A stretch of DNA of 64,000 nt from Thermoproteota archaeon (GTDB lineage: Archaea > Thermoproteota > Thermoprotei > Thermofilales > B9-G17), in contig JAPDJW010000009.1 of NCBI GenBank assembly GCA_029258885.1, positions 108,879 to 172,878 on the forward strand. The letters run 5' to 3'. The notes beneath the pieces are model-generated. The model saw only the letters and a list, made by a program, of their open reading frames with translations. It was not told the origin of the DNA and did no database searches. The position numbers and the translations under genes are program-made. This document shows positions 1-9,649 of the stretch, in pieces (position 1 is the first letter of the stretch; every line of letters begins with the position of its first letter).

Positions 1-1486
1 TAATCATTAATGCTCTAGCTATGGAGAGCCTTTGTCTCTGACCGCCTGATAACGTTACACCTCGCTCGCCAACATTAGTATCGTAACCTTTTGGAAGCGA
101 AGAAATAAAGTCGTGGATGTGGGCAAGCTTTGCTACACGAACAACATCCTCAATAGAGGTATCCGGTGCTCCAAAGGCGATGTTATTCCTAATGGTATCG
201 GGGAACAAAAATACGTCCTGGTGAACCATCCCTATCTGGCGTCTCAAGCTCTCCAGCTTAAACCTCTTAACATCCACTCCATCTATAAGTATCCTACCCT
301 TCTGAGGATCATATAACCTCATTATAAGCTGAGCAATCGTAGACTTACCGCTGCCCGTAGGTCCAGTTAAGGCAACAATTTCTCCAGGCTTTATCTCTAG
401 ATTTAACCCCTTCAAAACATAGTTTTTCCCATCATATGAGAACCATACGTTCTCAAATCTTATACTCCCCCTCTTAATCTCTATATCCTCCGCATCAGGG
501 AGATCTCGGACTTCAGGCTCAGCCTCAAGAATATCGAATATCCTCTTAGTAGCCACTAGCGCCCGCTGATACCTAACTATGTTATAGCCGATCAACATAA
601 TCGGTCTATTCAAAAACAAAATATAAAGCGTAAATGCCACAACATCCCCTATAGTTATATCGCCAGAGATCGCTCTTAATCCGCCATACCAATATATAAT
701 GGCGATGGTTAAATACACAAACCAGCCCATAGATGGCCATATAATAGCTCTAAGCTTACTTGTCTTCATATCCATGTTAAAATACTCCAGTAGCTTGCTC
801 CTAAAATTGGAGGCAAAGTAGTCGCCTAAAACGTAGGATTTAATAACCTTAATGCCGGTTGCAGCCTCCTTAACTGCAGTAGTCATTTCTGAGTAGATAT
901 TTCTGCTCATAGCAACGTAGGCTCTATATTTAGGTATGGAATATCTTACAAATAGTACCATTAAAGGAAACATCGACAAAGTTACTAGCGTTAACTCAAC
1001 ATCTATAATGAGCATCATAGCGATGGAAAATACGAACATAACTATGATATTAAGGATAGAGGGAATGCCAAAGCCTATAAACCTCCTAATATCCTCAACA
1101 TCCGATGTAGCTCTAGCGATTATCTGACCAGACTCAATTCTATCGAAAAAACCCAGCGAAAGCTCGTTTAAGTGTGCATATATTCTATTCCTCAATTCAT
1201 AGACTATGCTCTGGCCAGTATATTCACTGAAAACATTCTTACCATACGAAGCCAAACCCTGTATTATAGTAAGAACAACGACAAGAACAGCATAAAACCA
1301 TATATCTTCGATTTTGCCAGCATATAGCAGGTTTACCGCTTCTCGAGTCAGATACGGAAATATTGTGGATATGTATGAAACAATAGATGTAAGGATGAGT
1401 GTAACTGTTAGGAGCTTCCACCTAGATAAAACTAGCTTTAAAAGCTTTCTCCCGACATCTTTCGGGATATTATTTTGGGGGAGCAA
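1..1486 (-). CDS. ABC transporter fused permease/ATP-binding protein (MsbA/MdlB-like exporter), 3' end runs off the window
   Basis: Not in ORF track. Manual minus-strand translation from TTG at 1486 gives LLPQNNIPKDVGRKLLK..., TM helices, FFDRIESGQIIARATSDV, GMVHQDVFLF..TIRNNIAFG and ABC signature GERGVTLSGGQRQRLSIARAL at the window edge. Confidence 0.92.
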   Translation of the reverse strand, partial: MLPQNNIPKDVGRKLLKLVLSRWKLLTVTLILTSIVSYISTIFPYLTREAVNLLYAGKIEDIWFYAVLVVVLTIIQGLASYGKNVFSEYTGQSIVYELRNRIYAHLNELSLGFFDRIESGQIIARATSDVEDIRRFIGFGIPSILNIIVMFVFSIAMMLIIDVELTLVTLSMFPLMVLFVRYSIPKYRAYVAMSRNIYSEMTTAVKEAATGIKVIKSYVLGDYFASNFRSKLLEYFNMDMKTSKLRAIIWPSMGWFVYLTIAIIYWYGGLRAISGDITIGDVVAFTLYILFLNRPIMLIGYNIVRYQRALVATKRIFDILEAEPEVRDLPDAEDIEIKRGSIRFENVWFSYDGKNYVLKGLNLEIKPGEIVALTGPTGSGKSTIAQLIMRLYDPQKGRILIDGVDVKRFKLESLRRQIGMVHQDVFLFPDTIRNNIAFGAPDTSIEDVVRVAKLAHIHDFISSLPKGYDTNVGERGVTLSGGQRQRLSIARALMI

Positions 1487-1506
1487 CTAAAACCCCAAAA
1501 TAATAT
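1467..1506. promoter_or_regulatory. 14-bp perfect inverted repeat enclosing the start codon of the ABC transporter
   Basis: ATATTATTTTGGGG (1467-1480), 12-nt loop, CCCCAAAATAATAT (1493-1506). Confidence 0.5.
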
Positions 1507-1581
1507 GATACATATGCATCATTTCAATAGTACACCTAAAACATTATAAACTTTTGCCCTTTATACAAAATAAAATTTTAT

Positions 1582-2271
1582 TTATTTCCCATATAAAGCT
1601 AGAATTATTAACGGCAAAGCTATGGGGACGGTAATGTTATCAGTGCCTTTAGGGGAAATCGCTTCGATTATCATTCCGATAAGTGATGATATAATTGAAA
1701 TAAGTAAAATCTCGCTGAAACCTCCTTCAAACATTCCAATATTGCTGTAGATTGCAAGCGAAATGAACGTAGCTAAAAATCCAAACACTAGAAACGCCAG
1801 CGACCCCTCAATGCTCTTCGTAGATCCTATAATCGTGTACTTATGCTTACCATACTTCCTGCCGAAGAGATCAGCGACGCCGTCTGCCCAAGCCATAACT
1901 ATAGCTCCAACAGCACCAATCCAGGGCTTACCTAGATACCAGAATAATCCCGCTATAAGAGCCATTGAAAAGGCATAGTACACCGTTCCCAATCCGCCAG
2001 CTTTCTCCTTCCGCTCCATAGCCTTAATTAGCTCCTTCTTATACGAGATATAGTTTATGACGACGAAAGTCAATGGAGGTATCATTAGCGCGTACCAGTG
2101 GTCGTAAAGAGGCCACAGGAATATCCAGTGGCCAGTATTTATGTGAATCACCTTTCTGGTGAAGAACGGCTTTAAGCCAAGCTTCGATCGAAGAAGCTCC
2201 GCAACGACTAGGGTAGAGATTACGAATAGGTATGTAGCACCCATTCCTATGAGGTCGTTGTAGGTAAACAT
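1582..2271 (-). CDS. Isoprenoid-alcohol (dolichol/phytol/farnesol) kinase family, CTP-dependent membrane kinase
   Basis: Multi-TM; motifs RKVIHINTG, WADGVADLFGRKYG, KSIEGS, GTDNITVP. Confidence 0.85.
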   Translation of the reverse strand: MFTYNDLIGMGATYLFVISTLVVAELLRSKLGLKPFFTRKVIHINTGHWIFLWPLYDHWYALMIPPLTFVVINYISYKKELIKAMERKEKAGGLGTVYYAFSMALIAGLFWYLGKPWIGAVGAIVMAWADGVADLFGRKYGKHKYTIIGSTKSIEGSLAFLVFGFLATFISLAIYSNIGMFEGGFSEILLISIISSLIGMIIEAISPKGTDNITVPIALPLIILALYGK

Positions 2272-2370
2272 GGTAAATCCATAGGATTTTAGACTAAAAA
2301 GCTTTAACGGGCAATAGTGAGGGGATTATTGAAGCGTAAGAATAATTTAAGAGTTTTAAATAAAATATTT

Positions 2371-2424
2371 CGGTGATGATCCTCGATTCCACCGAACGAT
2401 GAGGACTAGGGTAGGTTGCTGACT
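2371..2424 (+). ncRNA. C/D-box guide sRNA
   Basis: C box GTGATGA 2373-2379, D' CCGA 2392-2395, C' ACGATGA 2396-2402, D box CTGA 2419-2422; intergenic; AT-rich TATA-like sequence ~25 nt upstream. Confidence 0.8.
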
Positions 2425-2468
2425 TATTTCACAATACTATTATATATTTATAATGATTATATTCTAGG

Positions 2469-3299
2469 ATGCCCATGTACACCATAAAGGTTCTAGTAGA
2501 GGACTACTGTCCAATACCAGGATTGCTTGGCGAGCATGGTTTATCCATACTCCTCGAGCAGGGAGATACAAGAATTCTATTTGACGTCGGCCAGAGCTAT
2601 AGAGTTCTTAAAAATAACTCGGAGAAAATGAAGGTTAATCTTCACGATGTAAGCCTAATAGTACTCTCCCACTGCCACTACGACCATACAGGTGGTTTGC
2701 TCGGCTTAATTAAGGATATAGGTGGCAGAACTATAGTAGCTCATCCATCAGTATTTAGAGAGAGCTTCGCTATAGATGGAACTTTGAGATACGTTGGCAT
2801 ACCGTTTAAAAGGAGGATCCTAGAGGATGCTGGGGCGAACCTGCTCCTATGTAAAAACTATGTTAAAATTGCTGAGAACCTATATGTGAGTGGCGAAGTG
2901 AAACGCTACTATCCCGATTACGAGAGAATCGAAAAAATGTATACGGTAGATAACGGCATGCTTACACGGGATCATATGTACGACGATATTTCGCTTATAA
3001 TAAGGGATGGCGATGAGATATCAATAATCACTGGTTGCTCACACTCGGGGATAGTAAATATCGTTAAACACTGCCTAGAGGTAACGCAAACTAAGAGTGT
3101 CAAGGCTGTAATAGGTGGACTACACCTATTAGGTTTAGATAGGATGCAGGTAAAGGAAATAGCTAATAAACTCCTGGAATTAGGCGTGGAGAAAATATAC
3201 ACTGGACACTGCACCGGCTTTGAAGCGTTATGTGTTCTTAGCGAAACTTTTAAAGAAAACTTTAAGAGGATATATTGTGGAGCAGTAATAAAGCTATAA
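2469..3299 (+). CDS. MBL-fold metallo-hydrolase (7,8-dihydropterin-6-yl-methyl...phosphate synthase-like family)
   Basis: GEHGLSILLE, LSHCHYDHTGG, TGCSHSG, GGLHL, HCTG motifs. Confidence 0.85.
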   Translation: MPMYTIKVLVEDYCPIPGLLGEHGLSILLEQGDTRILFDVGQSYRVLKNNSEKMKVNLHDVSLIVLSHCHYDHTGGLLGLIKDIGGRTIVAHPSVFRESFAIDGTLRYVGIPFKRRILEDAGANLLLCKNYVKIAENLYVSGEVKRYYPDYERIEKMYTVDNGMLTRDHMYDDISLIIRDGDEISIITGCSHSGIVNIVKHCLEVTQTKSVKAVIGGLHLLGLDRMQVKEIANKLLELGVEKIYTGHCTGFEALCVLSETFKENFKRIYCGAVIKL

Positions 3300-3321
3300 A
3301 TTATCCCTAAAATAGTTCCTA

Positions 3322-3375
3322 GGAGTGATGAGCAACCCCGAGTGCGAATGGTGAGCGGTGCCGAGTTTGCTGAAC
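3322..3375 (+). ncRNA. C/D-box guide sRNA
   Basis: C box GTGATGA 3325-3331, 12-nt guide, D' GCGA 3344-3347, C' ATGGTGA 3348-3354, D box CTGA 3370-3373; intergenic. Confidence 0.75.
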
Positions 3376-3406
3376 GAACCAAAAGCTTTTAAATTTATCG
3401 GATAGT

Positions 3407-4033
3407 ATGTGGAATATGCTTCACCTAATAGTTGAAATAGTACTCATTACATCGTCTGGCGCTCTATCTCCAGGGCCTCTAACGTTTTCTGCAATAATAT
3501 TAGGGATGAGGAGAGGCTGGAAGGCCGGATTTATGGAGGCTATTGGACATACATTATTTGAGTTCCCGCTCGTAATAGTGATAGCTCTAGGTTTATCCGA
3601 GGTCCTGAAAAACAGGGAAGCATTAAGGATCGTTGGAGCAGTGGGTGGCTTCGCATTGATTGTTTTTGCACTGCTAATGGCTCTCGACTTAATGAACGTC
3701 CTAAAGGGAGAGGATAAGAAGATAGTAGAGGTGAAGAGCGGGCCAGTTCTAACGGGGCTATTATTTACGGCGTTAAATCCATACTTCCTTGTTTGGTGGG
3801 CGTCTGCGGGATTAAAGCTTATAGCAGATATAATGCTATACGGTGGATTAATTCTAGTCATAGCTTTATATCCAGTACACGTCTGGATGGATTACGCCTG
3901 GCTTTCAGCAGTAGCCTACTTATCAAGCAGGGGCAGGAGCCTCGGAAGAAACATTCAGGCATTAATAATGCTCATATTCATAATTATCCTATTATATTAT
4001 GGCGTGAAGTTTCTATTCAATTCTCTCATATAG
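3407..4033 (+). CDS. LysE family amino-acid exporter
   Basis: N-terminal SGALSPGP motif, GH..E, LNPYFLVWW, ~6 TM. Confidence 0.88.
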   Translation: MWNMLHLIVEIVLITSSGALSPGPLTFSAIILGMRRGWKAGFMEAIGHTLFEFPLVIVIALGLSEVLKNREALRIVGAVGGFALIVFALLMALDLMNVLKGEDKKIVEVKSGPVLTGLLFTALNPYFLVWWASAGLKLIADIMLYGGLILVIALYPVHVWMDYAWLSAVAYLSSRGRSLGRNIQALIMLIFIIILLYYGVKFLFNSLI

Positions 4034-4115
4034 AGTCGGTTGTGGAAAGAATCCGATGTTCATGTACGTATCTGGTAAGCTTAAATAATGTTCGGCATGT
4101 AAAGTTAAAGGGTGA

Positions 4116-5105
4116 GTGGAAATGTACATCATCGGCGTGGATATTGGTGCAACCTACACTAGGGTTGCGTTGGCAGATAATGAGGGTAAGATTCTGGATA
4201 AGGTTGTTAGGCATACTGTTAGGGAAGGCGAAGGTATACTCTTAACAAGGCAGATAATTGATATGATTAGAGAGGTGTCAAGCAGAAATCATGTCGATTT
4301 CAAGATGGTTAAGGGTATAGGTATAGGAACTATTGGACCGCTGGATCTAAAGAAGGGAGTTATTACCAAGCCAGCTAACCTGCCTTTAGGGGAAGTTCCG
4401 CTGAGGAATCCTCTCAGGGAGGAGTTCAAGGTTGACGTCTACATACTGAATGATGCGGTTGCAGGAGCTGTTGCAGAAAAGTTCTTCGGTAAGGGCAGGG
4501 AGTACAAGAACGTAGTTTATGTAACCATAAGCACGGGGATAGGGTGCGGTGTATTTGTAGACGGAAACCTTCTTCTGGGGAAGGATGGAAACGCTCATGA
4601 GATGGGACATATAGTTGTGGATTTAGAGGGCAGGCTTAAATGCGGCTGCGGACAGTACGGCCACTGGGAGGCCTATGCTTCTGGAAGCGGTATTCCGAAG
4701 TTCGCTAGGCTATTAATCAGCGAGATGCCGGAGGATATGGTTAGGAAGAGCCTACTTTATCGGATGGTTAAAGGCGACTTCAGTAAGTTGAATGCCAAGC
4801 ATGTATACGATGCTGCAAGGGAGGGTGATAAAGTAGCCTTAAAGATAGTTGATGAAGTGGGGAGAATAAATGCTATAGGAATAGCTAACGTAATTACTGC
4901 CTATGATCCATCTATCATAACTATCGGGGGATCGGTGGCTTTAAACAACGTTGACTTAGTCCTAAATCCGATAAGGAAGCACGTAGGAAAATACACAGTA
5001 AACAGGGTGCCCAGGATAGAGATCACCGAGCTGGGGGGAGACATAGTACTGATTGGAGCCGTAGCAACCGTAGTAAATGAATTAAATACTATACCCGAAG
5101 ACTAG
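4116..5105 (+). CDS. ROK family sugar kinase (glucokinase-like)
   Basis: GVDIGAT, LNDAVAGAVAE, STGIGCG, EMGH, CGCGQYGHWEAYASG zinc motif. Confidence 0.93.
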   Translation: MEMYIIGVDIGATYTRVALADNEGKILDKVVRHTVREGEGILLTRQIIDMIREVSSRNHVDFKMVKGIGIGTIGPLDLKKGVITKPANLPLGEVPLRNPLREEFKVDVYILNDAVAGAVAEKFFGKGREYKNVVYVTISTGIGCGVFVDGNLLLGKDGNAHEMGHIVVDLEGRLKCGCGQYGHWEAYASGSGIPKFARLLISEMPEDMVRKSLLYRMVKGDFSKLNAKHVYDAAREGDKVALKIVDEVGRINAIGIANVITAYDPSIITIGGSVALNNVDLVLNPIRKHVGKYTVNRVPRIEITELGGDIVLIGAVATVVNELNTIPED

Positions 5106-5119
5106 TAAATCTCCATATT

Positions 5120-6262
5120 TTATATGACTCCTCTTAATAGCAGTATTATTACGAAAAGTTGAACTATTACAAGCATTGATCCTTCAATTAAGTCTAGCTT
5201 TCCGTCATCGACTATGCTTCTCTTAAGCGACCACATACAGAGGGCGGTTACTACTAGCTGAAAAAGGACATATTCATCGAGTGGTATGGGCATAACTGTG
5301 CCAATTAAACCTAGAACCAGGAGTACGATCTGGGATACGCTACCTATGAGATTACCTAAAGACACGTTTATCATTCCTCTGCCTGCAAGCATTATTGCTA
5401 TGCCGTGCTCAGGAATTGCCGCTAAAGCCCCCATCAGTAATCCGCTTAAGATCACGGGGTTGCCGAGATGTTCAATTACGCTTTCACCTATAATGAGCTC
5501 TACACTCCTAACCAGTAGTTCGCTTCCCACGAATATGCCTATGATCCCTGCAATAAACATAGCTAGGTACCTAAGTTTTTCCTTCTCCCGATGTTCGTGG
5601 CTCTCCTCTCTACCGCCTTTGCCCATGAAAATAAGGTATACCATATATGATACGACAAGGAGAGCAGATGCTTCTCTCGGAATATAGAATAAGTCTATAT
5701 TACTGGCCTTCTTAATCGAAAACAAGACGTCGACGGTGCCTAAAGCAAATATCGAGAGCAATACGACGACGGTAAATCTAATTGCTTCAACCTCATGGTG
5801 AAGAGCCTCTCTAGGAACCTTTATGAATCCCCTTATCCTCCTGCAACCGATTATAATGACTGCTCCTAGGAGCATTAGGTTAAAGCTTATGGATGAAAGC
5901 ACTGTAAGTACTGCTACGTCGATCATTTCAATGCTGCCTAGTGCATATCCTCTCCAGATAGTAAGGCTCAGCATAATGAGCTCGGGGAGATTTGATGCAA
6001 GACTAATTAGGACGCCTGCAAAGTAGTGGGAGAGCTTTAATGCTCGGGCTAAGCCGCTTATACCCTCGACGGTCCACTCGGAAGGTCTAAACACAAGCCA
6101 TCCACCTATAGCTAAGCCTAAGATTACTATCAGCGGAATACAGTTTATTATGTGAAAGTAAAGGTATGCTGCCGCAAACACTAAAATGGTTATGTATTCT
6201 AGAAAGCTTTTAATTCTTCCTCCTTGCATATGACTAAATGAATCAATGAAATATATAAGCAA
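5120..6262 (-). CDS. Sodium/calcium exchanger (CaCA) family antiporter
   Basis: Two alpha-repeat-like motifs (SLASNLPEL; LAAIPEH...GNLIGS) in a multi-TM protein. Confidence 0.8.
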   Translation of the reverse strand: MLIYFIDSFSHMQGGRIKSFLEYITILVFAAAYLYFHIINCIPLIVILGLAIGGWLVFRPSEWTVEGISGLARALKLSHYFAGVLISLASNLPELIMLSLTIWRGYALGSIEMIDVAVLTVLSSISFNLMLLGAVIIIGCRRIRGFIKVPREALHHEVEAIRFTVVVLLSIFALGTVDVLFSIKKASNIDLFYIPREASALLVVSYMVYLIFMGKGGREESHEHREKEKLRYLAMFIAGIIGIFVGSELLVRSVELIIGESVIEHLGNPVILSGLLMGALAAIPEHGIAIMLAGRGMINVSLGNLIGSVSQIVLLVLGLIGTVMPIPLDEYVLFQLVVTALCMWSLKRSIVDDGKLDLIEGSMLVIVQLFVIILLLRGVI

Positions 6263-6386
6263 TGCTATTTCCTAGATTCACTGTAATTCAGCATAGGCTT
6301 GTCCTCTCTATTAACAAAGAATTTTCGAGTCACAACTATAATATTGTAAACTCGAATTTAAACCACCGAAACTCCTTTATAAGCTC

Positions 6387-7319
6387 TCATTTCCCGCTTA
6401 AGGAATACTCCTCCCAGTAAAACGCTAGATAATACATTATTAAGCCAGCTACATCTCTATATTTAGATACGAAGTCTCTAACTTCCCCCTCCTCTACCCT
6501 CTTACCCAAAGCTCTAGATAATCCCTTAACAACAGCTAGATCCCCTGCAGGCCCCACGGATAAATCTCCAGTAGCCATCACATAGGCCAGTTCAGCAGTC
6601 CACACGCCAACGCCCCTAATGTTATCGAGAACCTCAATTGCCTCTTCCGGCTTCAAATACTTAATTCCCTCAAGGTTAAAGCCTGAACAAACCATTTTGG
6701 CCAGTGAAATTACGTATTCGCACTTCCTTCTGCTCAGCCCGCACTTTCTCAATTCATTAACGCTTACTTCAGCCAGCTTTTCAGGAGTAGGAAAATCATA
6801 GAACATTCTCCCGCCATATATCTCCCTATAGCCGTATTTCTCAACTAAGTTAGCGGTCATGGTTAACGCTAGCCGCAGGTTTATCTGCTGGTTAATAATC
6901 GACTTAACCAGAGCTTCAAAAAGCGTAGGAGATTTAGGAGGCCTTAAACCAAGATACTTGTTCACCAGCATATCCAAAAAATCATCGTTAAACCTTATGT
7001 TGCTCAAATCCAGATCAATGTTAAAAATGTGTCTGACTACTTCAACTGTTTTCTCTTTATTTTCCCATACTTTTACTTTGAGCATGGGCTCCATACCTTC
7101 ACTGACTATTTCAACCTCAATAGGCACTACTTCTCCTCCAACCCTAACGAGACGCCTATAAGTATTTTTCTCGTAAAAGTATGGAACAGGCCTACCCTTA
7201 AGGGAAAAACGCCTAAAATGCAGACTTATGGAATACGGAGGCTTAGGTCTTATAATTACTTCAACTGGATCTACATTGCTAGCCATAAATCTAAAGTTAT
7301 CGTAACCGTATATTAGCAT
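6387..7319 (-). CDS. alkA: DNA-3-methyladenine glycosylase II (AlkA family)
   Basis: FEALVKSIINQQI, FPTPEKLA, HhH motif RGVGVWTAE followed by Asp (GDLAV). Confidence 0.88.
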   Translation of the reverse strand: MLIYGYDNFRFMASNVDPVEVIIRPKPPYSISLHFRRFSLKGRPVPYFYEKNTYRRLVRVGGEVVPIEVEIVSEGMEPMLKVKVWENKEKTVEVVRHIFNIDLDLSNIRFNDDFLDMLVNKYLGLRPPKSPTLFEALVKSIINQQINLRLALTMTANLVEKYGYREIYGGRMFYDFPTPEKLAEVSVNELRKCGLSRRKCEYVISLAKMVCSGFNLEGIKYLKPEEAIEVLDNIRGVGVWTAELAYVMATGDLSVGPAGDLAVVKGLSRALGKRVEEGEVRDFVSKYRDVAGLIMYYLAFYWEEYSLSGK

Positions 7320-7328
7320 ACCTTCGAC

Positions 7329-7344
7329 TTAACGGTACCGTTAA
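7329..7344. promoter_or_regulatory. Perfect 16-bp palindrome, candidate operator of alkA
   Basis: TTAACGGTACCGTTAA, 10 nt upstream of the alkA start. Confidence 0.55.
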
Positions 7345-7378
7345 CTGAAATAGGTTTTAACCCTTGTTCAGGCGGAAT

Positions 7379-8602
7379 TTAGCTAATTGTTATAAGCATG
7401 AGGTAGAGGGATAGGGAAGCTATAATATCGGCAAGAGTGCTTTCAATGGGATTAACGAAGTTATCGGGGTTTAACCCTTTCTCATAAGCGACTATAGCTA
7501 TCAAGTGAGCTAACATTATAATCGCTGAAATGGATAGGATATTTGTAGCTAAGAGGACGGTAACCATAGAATATATCTTATCCAGGCTTAGGGTTAATGC
7601 CCCTGAGGTAAGGGCGTAAAGCATAAACATGAGAATTGATGACAGCCACGACCCTACTATCTCAGGCATATTATCTCTTAAGGCTTTAAGCGATGGATCT
7701 ATGGTACCTAGTGCCAGCTTTGTAGTGGTTTTTGAGCCTACTATGGAGCCAACGTCCCCCACAGTATCTATGATAGCAGGATATATAATGTATACCTCAG
7801 CTCTCCTTCCAATGTATTCGGATATCTTGATGAGTATGTATCCAGTTAAGTTAACTATAGCTGAAACTAAAGTTAATGTTATAATGGATTCCTTTATGGT
7901 CTCAATATATTCATCTTCATCGTAGTAGTTGTAGAATAGATATAATGTTATAGCTATAAGCGTAACTCCTAAAGATAGTAGCACGTTGAAAAACGCGTTT
8001 TCTCGGAGTATGTAGAGTACAGCTACGTAACATAGTGAGGCGATGATATCCGCAACTGTAGACATGACCGGATATACTATATAGTCTGGGTCTAAGCCTA
8101 GTTTCATCGAGAGAATTGAGGCAGAAACCGTTAGAAGCGAAACGATAGCGAATGATAAGCACATCGTAATAACGGATGTCGTAAGAACCTTCAAGGCTAT
8201 TTCAAAAACTCTACATTCTACATTCGATACAACAACTATGGAGGACATTATAAGGCTACTCACGATGGTCAAGGTATAGATGGAATACATGAGGATTTTA
8301 AATTCATAGGTATTTCTCCTTAGGCTTGCTTTAATTATTCCAAGGTGAAGCCCCGTGGTGAGCCGGCCAGCGAATATTCCGTTAATTACTCCCCTAACCG
8401 ATAGTATTCCAGGATATAGGGAGATAGTCCACTTGTACATTGAGATTAAGCTGAAGTACCTGGCGATAATAAGCCCAGCGATAAGGCCGCCTAAATCAGC
8501 TAGAAGAGAAATCATCGAAAGCCTAAATGAGTAAACATAGTCCTCAGCCTCCTCCCACAAGTCGCTTAACGTCGATGAAAGCCTTATCATCGCTGAAAGC
8601 AC
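7379..8602 (-). CDS. MgtE integral-membrane-domain magnesium transporter (archaeal duplicated type)
   Basis: Two repeats: LGLDPDYIVYPVMSTVAD and GLNPDNFVNPIESTLAD. Confidence 0.88.
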   Translation of the reverse strand: MLSAMIRLSSTLSDLWEEAEDYVYSFRLSMISLLADLGGLIAGLIIARYFSLISMYKWTISLYPGILSVRGVINGIFAGRLTTGLHLGIIKASLRRNTYEFKILMYSIYTLTIVSSLIMSSIVVVSNVECRVFEIALKVLTTSVITMCLSFAIVSLLTVSASILSMKLGLDPDYIVYPVMSTVADIIASLCYVAVLYILRENAFFNVLLSLGVTLIAITLYLFYNYYDEDEYIETIKESIITLTLVSAIVNLTGYILIKISEYIGRRAEVYIIYPAIIDTVGDVGSIVGSKTTTKLALGTIDPSLKALRDNMPEIVGSWLSSILMFMLYALTSGALTLSLDKIYSMVTVLLATNILSISAIIMLAHLIAIVAYEKGLNPDNFVNPIESTLADIIASLSLYLMLITIS

Positions 8603-8666
8603 CCTAACGGCAAACGTTTATAAAGCCTTTATATAAACTGGAACTTAAATAATTTTATCTAGATAC

Positions 8667-9473
8667 TTAAGTTCTTACTATTTCAATTATAGTTACCTCG
8701 GGTCTACAGAGAAACCTCACAGGTATAAGTGTAGTACCCAAACCTCTATTAACGTACATTACCGTTCCGTTCACATGAAACATGCCGGACGCATACTTCC
8801 TATACTTCGACGGCAAAGGCACATATAGTGGACCTATAAGAGGCAAAACTACCTGACCTCCATGGGTATGCCCTGAGAGTATTAGATCAACCTTACCCGC
8901 GGCTTCACCTATAATCTCAGGCGAATGCGCAAGCAAAACAATAAACCTATCCCCACAGTTTTCCGGTAACGCCTTCGGGAGGTCATGGAAGTGAGTATGT
9001 GGATCGTCGACACCAGCTATAATTATTCCATTACCTAAATCGACGTATTCATTCATTAATACTGTAACATTATCTATCCCCTCAAGCAGTATCTTAAAAT
9101 TCGTCATGCTTATTCCAGACCAATGGTCCCAATTACCAAAAACCACATATACGGGGGCTATTCTGGCGAGCCGCTCAATGTATTCTAGGGCATACCTTAA
9201 ATTATTCTTATCGCTGATGAGATCACCAGTAACAACTATAATATCAGGCTTATTTTTCTCTATAATCGAGATGCTGTTTTCCTCGCGGCTACCGATACCT
9301 TGAATGTGGAGATCGGAAACTTGAGCTATCACGAAGCTATCTACAGCTAAATTCTTGTTAGTCTCAACTTTAATATGAACTTCCTCAACAAGGTTAACTT
9401 CAATGAAGAAGGGATATATAGCAAAGAAAAGTATCACGGCTACGAGAGCTATCCTAGGTATACGGCCAAGCAT
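8667..9473 (-). CDS. Membrane-anchored metallophosphoesterase (YkuE-like)
   Basis: SDLH, TGDL, GNWDH, LAHSP, SGHTHGGQ motifs; N-terminal TM. Confidence 0.92.
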   Translation of the reverse strand: MLGRIPRIALVAVILFFAIYPFFIEVNLVEEVHIKVETNKNLAVDSFVIAQVSDLHIQGIGSREENSISIIEKNKPDIIVVTGDLISDKNNLRYALEYIERLARIAPVYVVFGNWDHWSGISMTNFKILLEGIDNVTVLMNEYVDLGNGIIIAGVDDPHTHFHDLPKALPENCGDRFIVLLAHSPEIIGEAAGKVDLILSGHTHGGQVVLPLIGPLYVPLPSKYRKYASGMFHVNGTVMYVNRGLGTTLIPVRFLCRPEVTIIEIVRT

Positions 9474-9649
9474 TTCATCACCATACCTAATTTATTTCAA
9501 TTACTACTGCGCTGTCTAACATTATTTAAGCCAACTATATATTGCTTAATACAGTATAAAAATATAATATGTATTAAAAGAGATATGTAGCAAAATAAGT
9601 TTAAACTTAAAGGTCTAGATAGGAAAATAGGGCAGAAGCTCCTATAGGT

